A program made the position numbers and the translations under genes. A stretch of 54,661 nucleotides of DNA from Spirochaetaceae bacterium. Lineage in GTDB: Bacteria; Spirochaetota; Spirochaetia; Treponematales; Breznakiellaceae. Under the pieces are notes generated by a model. That model was not told the origin of the DNA. It saw nothing but the letters and a program-made list of their open reading frames with translations, and did not search any database. Below are positions 1-7,026 of the stretch, in pieces. The DNA lies in assembly GCA_031256905.1 (NCBI GenBank), contig JAIRPY010000129.1, positions 1 to 54,661 of the forward strand. Reading direction: 5' to 3'. Position 1 is the stretch's first letter, and each line of letters begins with the position of its first letter.

Positions 1-100
1 ACCCACTTTTTAAAAAAAATTTTTGAAAAAATTTTTTGTTTTTTTTTAATAACACGCTATTTTACATTTTTTATTTTTTTTTTAAAACAAAAAACAATTA

Positions 101-118
101 CCCCCCCCCCCCCCCCCC
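101..118. repeat. Homopolymeric C18 tract (G18 on the minus strand), preceded by about 95 nt of A/T homopolymer runs
   Basis: Direct count gives 18 consecutive C at 101-118. This agrees with the poly-Pro run in ORF 36..224. Positions 7-100 are almost entirely runs of 5-10 A or T. Confidence 0.95.
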
Positions 119-491
119 GATAAATTTGCTATACGGGTTGGGTTTTTACAGAACCGGCAGGCCCGGACTTGCCGGGGGGCCCGAAGGGGCGGGTCTGCAA
201 AAAAGAAAACTCCTTTATCATTGATCTTTCATATATTCTCGGGATGGGTCGGGCCTTTAGTCAAAGGCTGGATCCGTCATAACCCCGCTGTTTCGGCTTA
301 GGTCTTCCTGCACAGCCCCAGGCCGAAACATACCCATCAAGGAGGCGAAACCTGAAACTATAAACCAGAGTATTACCCCTGGTCGGTCCAGAAAATCCAG
401 GGGCAAATACCGAAATCTCCGGCTATGCATCAACGCAGGCCGGCCCAAGGAAGATAACTTCCCCAATTTTATGCCAAATAAGGAGAAAATA

Positions 492-1157
492 ATGGCAAAG
501 AAAATTATGATCTGTTTGGTTCTCGCCGTAATAGCGGCGGGAGGAGCCTTCGCACAAGTCGTAGTCAGCGCCGGCGGCGGAATTGACGTTGTCGGCTCTG
601 AAGACAAATCTACTGGTACAACAATAAAAGACACCACCACAGATTGGAAAATTGACTTAGAGGGCGGATACCGCATGGGCCTTATGGGCTTTGGGCTTCA
701 CGCTGGATTCGGCGGTGGAGAAGAGAAGAATGAAACCGGATCCACAACGATCACGATAAAACACCCCTTCGGTTTGAAGATCGGCGGCTATTTTGAGTAC
801 GCCCTGTTACAGCTCGGCAAATTCTCGTTCTTCGGAAAAGCAGGCCTCGGCTACCGTGGCATCTTCGATGGTTATGGTCCGAATAATACTCAAAGGGTTG
901 TGAGCTATAACGCGGGCGGGTTTTATCTCGATGCTGACGCGGTCTTTGAATACCAGATGTTCAAGCACGCGGCCTTCTTCGCATCCGTGAAGGCCCTCGA
1001 TTTTTCCGTAATAACCTGGGAAGCGAAAGGATTTATTATACCTAATACTCCTGGTTTTTCATCTGATGCTTACCCAAAAACCACTGTGGTAAATTTTGAT
1101 TTACCGTGGACTCATACGATTTCTGCGATAACTCTCGGCTGTAAGTTTATATTCTAG
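492..1157 (+). CDS. Small secreted outer-membrane beta-barrel-like protein (OmpW/OmpA-like size class), function unknown
   Basis: AAGGAG lies 7 nt upstream of the ATG at 492, which I prefer to the ORF-track start at 471. The N-terminus is a signal peptide (MAKKIMICLVLAVIAAGGAFAQ). The protein is Gly/aromatic-rich with alternating hydrophobic residues and ends in a C-terminal Phe (..GCKFIF). Confidence 0.6.
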   Translation: MAKKIMICLVLAVIAAGGAFAQVVVSAGGGIDVVGSEDKSTGTTIKDTTTDWKIDLEGGYRMGLMGFGLHAGFGGGEEKNETGSTTITIKHPFGLKIGGYFEYALLQLGKFSFFGKAGLGYRGIFDGYGPNNTQRVVSYNAGGFYLDADAVFEYQMFKHAAFFASVKALDFSVITWEAKGFIIPNTPGFSSDAYPKTTVVNFDLPWTHTISAITLGCKFIF

Positions 1158-1273
1158 CCGGGCCGGTTTGCCGTATATCTTGCCGGCCCTGTCGGCAGGG
1201 TATGCGGCGGCTTTCAGCCTTTACAATAAATTCAACTTCCCCTCGGCTGGCGGCTCCATTCCCCGCTCCCGGG

Positions 1274-1432
1274 CCTTTAAACCTAATTTGCCCTGCTTTT
1301 TTGGTAATTAAATTGCCTTTAAACCTAATTCGCCCTGCTTTTTCGGCAATTAAATTGCCTTTAAACCTAATTCGGCCTGCTTTTTCGGCAATTAAATTAT
1401 CTTTAAACCTAATTTGCCCTGCTTTTTCGGCA
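1274..1432. repeat. Tandem repeat array A: 42-bp unit x 3.8 (CCTTTAAACCTAATTYGCCCTGCTTTTTCGGCAATTAAATTG)
   Basis: Unit starts fall at 1274, 1316, 1358 and 1400, exactly 42 bp apart. The same period appears as a 14-aa repeat in spurious ORF 1202..1555. Confidence 0.95.
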
Positions 1433-1585
1433 CGGCTCCCCCAAAAAACTGCCCGGGGTTACCGGTCTTCATCTTCGGATTCCATTGGCATGATCCGGGC
1501 TTTACGGGTTTTTGCCTTGCCGATTCCGGGAGATTCCAGCGGTATATTCAAGTAACTTTTTTAGAAAGAATCCGAAAAGCGGGGC

Positions 1586-1614
1586 TTGACAAAAAAAACT
1601 AATGATACTATATA
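1586..1614 (+). promoter_or_regulatory. Candidate sigma70-type promoter for trpE-trpG
   Basis: TTGACA (1586-1591), a 17-nt spacer, then TATATA (1609-1614). The element sits about 25 nt upstream of the trpE ATG. Confidence 0.5.
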
Positions 1615-1636
1615 TAGAAACACGAGAAGGAAAAAT

Positions 1637-3103
1637 ATGGATACCCTAAGTTTAGACGAAATACGGTCCCTCCCCGGGGATTACCGGATGATCCCCATCG
1701 CGAAAACTATACCGGCAATTCGGGATCCGTTGGAAATATTCAGGATTCTGAAAAACCTCAGCCGGCAGTGCTTCATCCTCGAAAGCGCAGACCCCCAGGC
1801 CCGTCATGGCCGATATACCTTTCTCGGGTATGACCCAAAACTCGAAATCGCCGGCCTCGATAACGAAGTAACCATCAAAAACGGCGCGGAAATCCGCATC
1901 CAAACCGAAAACCCCGGGCAGTATATCGCCCAAATCCTCGAGGAAAATAAAAGCCCCCGTCTGCCGAACCTGCCCCCCTTTGCAGGAGGCTTGGCAGGCT
2001 ACTTTTCTTACGATTATATCCAGTACAGCGAACCAAAATTGCGGCTCAAAAGCGAAGATCAAGAGTTCTTTAAAGATTTCGACCTCATGCTCTTCGATAA
2101 AGTCATCGCTTACGATAACGTCAAACAAGAAATCACCCTCATCGTCAACGTCAAGACCGACGCCCTCGAGGAAAATTATAACCGGGCCCGGGGCGAATTA
2201 AACCGCCTCGAAGAGATCGTCAAAACCGGCAAACCCGCAGACCTTCCGGCTCTGCGGTTCAAAAGGCCCTTCCGGGAACTCTTCAGTAAGGAACGGTTCT
2301 GCGATATGGTCAGGCAAGCAAAAGAACGGATTCGAGAAGGAGATATTTTTCAGGTGGTTCTTTCAAACCGGCTCGACGCGGCCGTTGAAGGCAGTCTTTT
2401 CGATACATACCGGCTCCTGCGAGACCTAAATCCTTCGCCGTATATGTTTTATTTTTCAAGCGACCATATCGAAATTGCCGGAGCTTCCCCGGAAACTTTG
2501 GTTCAGCTTCAGGAAGGTAATCTTGCAACTTTTCCCCTGGCCGGCACTCGTCCCAGAGGGAAAAATCCCGAAGAAGACGCCAAACTGGAACAGGAACTTC
2601 TCGCGGATCCAAAAGAACTGGCCGAACACAATATGCTCGTCGATTTAGGCAGAAACGATTTGGGAAAAATCAGCGAATTTTCTTCGGTGCAAGTGGAGAA
2701 ATATTTGTCGGTCGAACGGTTTTCCCATGTGATGCACATCGGTTCTGCGGTGAAAGGCAAAATCCAAAAGGGCAAAACCGGACTGGACGCGATAACCGCG
2801 GTACTCCCGGCGGGAACCCTTTCCGGCGCGCCGAAGGTGCGGGCTTGTGAGATTATCCGGGAATTGGAAAATAACAAGCGGGGTATTTACGGCGGCGCGG
2901 TGGGATACATCGCCTTTACCGGCGATACAGATGTCTGCATCAGTATTCGGATTGCGTACAAAAAGAATGAAACAGTGTTTGTGCGTTCCGGGGCAGGCAT
3001 TGTGGCGGACAGCATTCCTGAACGGGAATACGAAGAGTGCGCGAATAAAATGCAGGCGGTAATTACTGCGTTGGAAACCGCGGCGCAAGGAGGCGCGAAA
3101 TGA
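1637..3103 (+). CDS. trpE: Anthranilate synthase component I
   Basis: Carries the TrpE-type motifs ..ILESAD.. and NPSPYMFY plus the chorismate-binding C-terminus (GGAVGY..). An AGGA RBS precedes the ATG at 1637. The ORF-track TTG start at 1586 lies inside the promoter. Confidence 0.9.
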   Translation: MDTLSLDEIRSLPGDYRMIPIAKTIPAIRDPLEIFRILKNLSRQCFILESADPQARHGRYTFLGYDPKLEIAGLDNEVTIKNGAEIRIQTENPGQYIAQILEENKSPRLPNLPPFAGGLAGYFSYDYIQYSEPKLRLKSEDQEFFKDFDLMLFDKVIAYDNVKQEITLIVNVKTDALEENYNRARGELNRLEEIVKTGKPADLPALRFKRPFRELFSKERFCDMVRQAKERIREGDIFQVVLSNRLDAAVEGSLFDTYRLLRDLNPSPYMFYFSSDHIEIAGASPETLVQLQEGNLATFPLAGTRPRGKNPEEDAKLEQELLADPKELAEHNMLVDLGRNDLGKISEFSSVQVEKYLSVERFSHVMHIGSAVKGKIQKGKTGLDAITAVLPAGTLSGAPKVRACEIIRELENNKRGIYGGAVGYIAFTGDTDVCISIRIAYKKNETVFVRSGAGIVADSIPEREYEECANKMQAVITALETAAQGGAK

Positions 3104-3669
3104 TTCTGCTGATCGATAATTACGATAGTTTTTCTTACAATTTGTATCAGCTTATGGGCGGTATAAATCCAGATATTCGGGTGATTCGGAATGACGCAGT
3201 AACTCTGTCGGAGATAGTAGTACTGCGGCCGAGTCACATTGTGCTGTCGCCGGGGCCTGGCCGTCCTGCTGACGCGGGAATCTGCGAAGAGGCGATAGGA
3301 GCTTTTGCCGGGAAGATTCCGATTTTAGGGGTGTGTTTGGGGCATCAGGGGATTTGCGAGGTTTTCGGCGGGAAAATAACCTACGCCGCCGCGCTTATGC
3401 ATGGGAAGGCATCGGCGATTCGGCTGGAACCGGATTGCCCGATCTTCGCGGGTTTGCCTTCGGTGATTTCCGGGGGGCGGTATCATTCCCTTGCGGCGGA
3501 TCCGAAAAGCTTTCCGGAAAAAACTCTCGCCGTAACGGCCCGTTCCGAAGACGGCGAAATAATGGGCGTAAAACACAAAACTTACCCGGTCTACGGCGTC
3601 CAGTTTCATCCGGAATCCATCCTCACTCCGGAAGGAAGCCGAATCCTCCAAAACTTTCTGAAAATATAA
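3100..3669 (+). CDS. trpG: Anthranilate synthase component II (glutamine amidotransferase, TrpG/PabA type)
   Basis: MILLIDNYDSFSYNL.., a GVCLGHQ nucleophile elbow and QFHPES. Its start overlaps the trpE stop in an ATGA junction. Confidence 0.9.
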   Translation: MILLIDNYDSFSYNLYQLMGGINPDIRVIRNDAVTLSEIVVLRPSHIVLSPGPGRPADAGICEEAIGAFAGKIPILGVCLGHQGICEVFGGKITYAAALMHGKASAIRLEPDCPIFAGLPSVISGGRYHSLAADPKSFPEKTLAVTARSEDGEIMGVKHKTYPVYGVQFHPESILTPEGSRILQNFLKI

Positions 3670-3755
3670 ATTCGGACTGGATGAGCGGGACCCTATGTGC
3701 TATATTTCTATCCATGCTTGAATGAGCGGGATCAAAAATATAAATAGGGAAAGGT

Positions 3756-5147
3756 ATGCTTATAAAAGAAATTGTTGCGTTGCCCCCGGAGGCACAGGAA
3801 GCCGCGGTGTTGGGGTGGGTTCGGACTAAACGGGAATTAAAGAATCTGATCTTTGTGGAAATGAATGACGGTTCAACCCTTGAAGGTCTTCAGTGTACCT
3901 TTGATCGCGGGAGCGAAACTTTTAGTTCTGCGGTTGAAGCGGTGTTGTCTGAAGTATCGACGGGCTGTGCGGCGGCGATAACCGGCCGGCTTGTACCGTC
4001 TCCTGGGTCTGGGCAGGCGGTGGAGATTGCGGCCTCGGGGATTGCCCTTTTAGGGAAAGCTCCGGGGGAAACTTATCCTTTGCAAAAGAAGCGGCATTCC
4101 TTGGAGTTTCTTCGGGAGAATGCGCATTTACGGGCCCGAACCAATACGTTTTCCGCGGTTGCCCGGGTGCGGAGTCGTCTTGCTTTTGGGGTGCATGAGT
4201 TTTTTCAATCCCGGGGTTTTCAGTATGTGCATACGCCGATTATCACGGCCAGCGATGCGGAAGGGGCCGGCGCGATGTTTCAGGTGACGACCTTAGATTT
4301 GGAAGCTCTTTCTCGGTCTGGGAAGGGGCCGGCGTATTCCCAAGATTTTTTCGGCAAACCGAGTTATCTTACCGTTTCGGGTCAGCTTGAGGCGGAGACG
4401 TATGCGACGGCTCTATCTCGGGTGTATACCTTTGGACCTACCTTTCGGGCGGAGAATTCCAATACTTCTCGGCATTTGGCGGAGTTTTGGATGATTGAGC
4501 CTGAAGCGGCTTTCGCTGATTTGGCGGACAACCGGGCGTTGGCGGAGGATTTTCTTAAATTTCTTTTTGACCTGGCTCTGCGGGAGTGCCCGGAGGATCT
4601 TGCTTTTTTCGATGCCCGCATAGAAAAGGGTTTGCTTGCTTCGTTGCGTTCTGTTTTGGATTCTCGGTTTGTTCATCTTACCTACACCGACGCGATGAAA
4701 GAGCTGGAGAAAAACGAGTCTGCTTTTGAGTTCAAGCCCTTTTGGGGATGCGATTTGCAGAGCGAGCATGAAAAGTTTCTCACCGAAAAAGTAGCGAAGG
4801 GTCCGGTAATCGTAACCGATTATCCCAAAGAAATAAAAGCGTTTTATATGAAGCTCAACGAGGATGAAAAAACGGTCCGGGCGATGGATGTGCTTGTTCC
4901 TCGCCTTGGGGAAATTATCGGCGGGTCTCAGCGGGAGGAAAACCTGAGCCGGCTTGAGAAACGTATTCTGGAACTCGGCATGAACCTGGAGGATTACTGG
5001 TGGTATCTTGATCTCCGGCGATACGGCACGGTTCCTCATGCAGGTTTCGGCTTGGGCTTTGAACGGCTGATTCAGTACGTCACCGGCATGACGAACATCC
5101 GAGACGTAATCCCTTATCCCCGCACAGCAGGTCAAGCAGATTTCTAA
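3756..5147 (+). CDS. asnS: Asparagine--tRNA ligase
   Basis: Class IIb aaRS layout: an N-terminal OB anticodon-binding domain, motif 2 FRAE..SRHLAEFWMIEPE, and motif 3 GFGLGFERL. The length (463 aa) is typical of AsnRS. Confidence 0.9.
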   Translation: MLIKEIVALPPEAQEAAVLGWVRTKRELKNLIFVEMNDGSTLEGLQCTFDRGSETFSSAVEAVLSEVSTGCAAAITGRLVPSPGSGQAVEIAASGIALLGKAPGETYPLQKKRHSLEFLRENAHLRARTNTFSAVARVRSRLAFGVHEFFQSRGFQYVHTPIITASDAEGAGAMFQVTTLDLEALSRSGKGPAYSQDFFGKPSYLTVSGQLEAETYATALSRVYTFGPTFRAENSNTSRHLAEFWMIEPEAAFADLADNRALAEDFLKFLFDLALRECPEDLAFFDARIEKGLLASLRSVLDSRFVHLTYTDAMKELEKNESAFEFKPFWGCDLQSEHEKFLTEKVAKGPVIVTDYPKEIKAFYMKLNEDEKTVRAMDVLVPRLGEIIGGSQREENLSRLEKRILELGMNLEDYWWYLDLRRYGTVPHAGFGLGFERLIQYVTGMTNIRDVIPYPRTAGQADF

Positions 5148-5209
5148 AGCCCGCCGAGCATCTTTCCTGTCCTCCGCCGGCGGGCTTTAGGTTGGCCGGC
5201 GGAGGACAG
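5148..5209 (+). terminator. Two overlapping GC-rich hairpins immediately after asnS
   Basis: H1 pairs AGCCCGCCG (5148-5156) with CGGCGGGCT (5178-5186) and is followed by TT. H2 is a perfect 14-bp stem, CTGTCCTCCGCCGG (5167-5180) with CCGGCGGAGGACAG (5196-5209). The arms overlap, so the two folds are mutually exclusive. Confidence 0.5.
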
Positions 5210-5253
5210 ACCGGCTTGATAGAGAAACTCTCCATGGCTCTTATGCGGCTTAA

Positions 5254-5655
5254 TCCGTTAAAAAATTTTCCGTATATTGCCTTGAGGAGTTTCACACGAG
5301 TTTTCACATTTACGAGGATGAACCCAAGGAGTATAAACTGACCGATGCTTTGGAGATACATTCGTATTGCAGGAGGTAGTAAAGATGGATAGCGGGATAC
5401 AGCGGGCGCAGGAGCGCATGGATTTTGTGACGATGGATCGAGGCTTATCGGGCATATGAACTGCGGGAAGCCCAGATTGCCTTTTACGACGAGGATGTCC
5501 GGGAAGCCGCAAAAGCGGCAAAAGAAGCGGCCCGAAACCGGGACTTTGAGATTGCCCGGAATCTCAAAGCGATGGGGATTCCTATTGAACAGATAAGCTG
5601 TGGGACAAATTTGACTCCCGAAGAAATTAGAAAAACTGTAAACCTGGCAATCTAA
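5254..5655 (+). pseudogene. Degraded remnant of an Rpn/YhgA-like (PD-(D/E)XK putative transposase) gene, C-terminal two-thirds only
   Basis: Three out-of-frame pieces are visible: ..FHIYEDEPKEYKLTDALEIH.. then stop, MDSGIQRAQERMDFVTMD.. then stop, and ..AYRAYELREAQIAFYDED..RDFEIARNLKAMGIPIEQISCGTNLTPEEIRK. These resemble the conserved middle and tail of Rpn-family proteins. No nuclease N-terminus is present. Confidence 0.5.
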
Positions 5656-5692
5656 AATGCAATCCTTCGGGTACGGGCGTTTCGGGAAAAGG

Positions 5693-6502
5693 CTAATCCG
5701 TAATACGGCCGCTATGGGAATAAATGTTCATATACCCGCGCCGCAAAAATCCCGCGAGGGTAATGCCCGCGGCTTCCGCCTGCCGGACCGCGCTCGATGT
5801 AACCGCGCCGTGACACAGCAGAACTTTCACGCCGGTACGTTCAACCATCCGGCACAAGTTCAGGGATAGTCTGCCGCTGAACATAAAGGCTTTTCCCGCA
5901 GGATCAAGCTCGCCGAGAACCATGCGCCCGATAGTCTTCGCCGCGGCGTTGTGCCGAGCCGCATCTTCCCGCAAAATAAGAATAGTATCGCTGTCCGTAA
6001 GAGCCATCGCATGAACCGCCCCGGTTATGTGAAACAAGTTGCTCTTCTCGTTAAAAATTTCCCACAAGGCGTAAATTTTTTCTTTTTTAAATTTTTCGTT
6101 TTTTTCGTTTTTTTCCTCAGAATTTTTTTCTTTAGAAAAATATTCGCTAGAAAGACTTTCTATTTTTTCTTTTTCTTTAGAAAAATTTTCTTTAGGAAGA
6201 TTAGAAAAATTAGAAAAAAAAGAGAAAAGGGAAAGGCGGATTTCCTGAGCGTCCCGGTCAACCGAGAGGCTCTGGATTTCCGCCTTGCTGTTGAAAAACC
6301 CTTCCGCAAAAGCGTAGCCCGCGGCAAGGTCTTCTAAATCAATGGGCGTACAGGCAAACGTGTAGATTCGCTGTTCGTTGATGTATAACGTATACGCCTC
6401 TTCCCGGATTAACCGGTCGCTTCGCCGGTAGCGGCGGGATTCGTCGATCCGGATGATGCTCAATTCTTCCCATGAGGCGGTACCGTTTGCCCTTTCGCCC
6501 AT
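5693..6502 (-). CDS. fdhD: Formate dehydrogenase accessory protein FdhD homologue, atypical because the Cys loop is replaced
   Basis: It aligns by eye with E. coli FdhD: ..TPIDLEDLAAGYAFAEGF.., TGAVHAMAL, REDAARHNAAAK, and a C-terminal ..AVTSSAVRQAEAAGITLAGF... I prefer the start at 6502 (MGERANG), 8 nt after the upstream stop. The longer ORF-track start overlaps the ferredoxin gene. Confidence 0.8.
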   Translation of the reverse strand: MGERANGTASWEELSIIRIDESRRYRRSDRLIREEAYTLYINEQRIYTFACTPIDLEDLAAGYAFAEGFFNSKAEIQSLSVDRDAQEIRLSLFSFFSNFSNLPKENFSKEKEKIESLSSEYFSKEKNSEEKNEKNEKFKKEKIYALWEIFNEKSNLFHITGAVHAMALTDSDTILILREDAARHNAAAKTIGRMVLGELDPAGKAFMFSGRLSLNLCRMVERTGVKVLLCHGAVTSSAVRQAEAAGITLAGFLRRGYMNIYSHSGRITD

Positions 6503-6510
6503 ACTCGCGC

Positions 6511-7026
6511 TTACCCTTGGTACTGCACAGCGTTTCTGCGCTTTTCCGCGAGGCTTTCGTCCATAGCTTCTTCGGTGACCAGCTTCAAGGTTTCGGTGGG
6601 ACACACCTTTACGCAGGACGGAGAATCCGCGACGCCTACGCAGAGATCGCACTTGTTGGCGACTTTCTTGGTTGAACCGTCGTTTTGGACTTCCGCGGTA
6701 TCGACCATTACCACCGCGCCGAAGGGACAGGCGATCACACAGTTTTTGCACCCGATACACTTCTGCTGATTGATCACCACCGCGTTTCCTTCGACTCGGA
6801 TGGCGTTGGACGTACACGCGGCTTTACACGCTGGATTTTCGCAGTGCCGGCATTGGATAGGAGTGCTAACTCTGGCGGTTTTCACCATAAAGAGTTTGGG
6901 ATTGAAGGCGTACCCGTCAGGATCGATTTCAAAGATGCGCTTCCCTTCGTGGGCGACTACGCAGGCTATCATACAGGTTCTGCACCCGATACACCGGTTC
7001 GGATTTGATTTTACAAAACAGTTCAT
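6511..7026 (-). CDS. 4Fe-4S dicluster-domain electron-transfer subunit (HycB/FdhB-like)
   Basis: Four CxxCxxCxxxC(P)-type cysteine clusters. The MNCFVKSNPNRCIGCRTC start at 7026 overlaps the fdhF stop in an ATGA junction. Confidence 0.85.
   Translation of the reverse strand: MNCFVKSNPNRCIGCRTCMIACVVAHEGKRIFEIDPDGYAFNPKLFMVKTARVSTPIQCRHCENPACKAACTSNAIRVEGNAVVINQQKCIGCKNCVIACPFGAVVMVDTAEVQNDGSTKKVANKCDLCVGVADSPSCVKVCPTETLKLVTEEAMDESLAEKRRNAVQYQG

Noticed and set aside
243-403. Assignment of the OMP leader to a known riboswitch class (TPP or c-di-GMP-I).
   Set aside because: Only fragments match: AACCTGA, and GGCAAA...ACGCA..GGCCGG. The required partner helices and conserved boxes (CTGAGA for TPP; the GAAA tetraloop with receptor helix for GEMM-I) are not present.
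36-676. ORF 36..224(+) with a poly-Pro run, and ORF 257..676(-).
   Set aside because: The first is a translation of the A/T runs and the C18 tract. The second overlaps the OMP gene start on the opposite strand and has no RBS or motifs.
1202-1555. ORF 1202..1555 (14-aa repeats), and likewise ORF 29129..29374 (7-aa repeats, array B).
   Set aside because: Both are translations of tandem DNA repeats. They have no RBS and no domain-like sequence outside the repeat.
1637-3669. Reading the isolated trpE-trpG pair as pabB-pabA (aminodeoxychorismate synthase).
   Set aside because: Component I carries TrpE-type signatures (..ILESAD.., NPSPYMFY) rather than PabB-type ones. Because trpD/C/F/B/A are absent from the window, the alternative cannot be fully excluded without a phylogeny.
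6503-6817. N-terminal 105-aa extension of the fdhD ORF (ORF track 5693..6817).
   Set aside because: The extension overlaps the Fe-S protein gene out of frame, is highly basic, and is unlike FdhD. The internal ATG at 6502 gives a normal-length FdhD. The extended starts of usp (18922), ptsI (29402), trpE (1586), tpiA (54503) and the OMP gene (471) were trimmed on the same logic.
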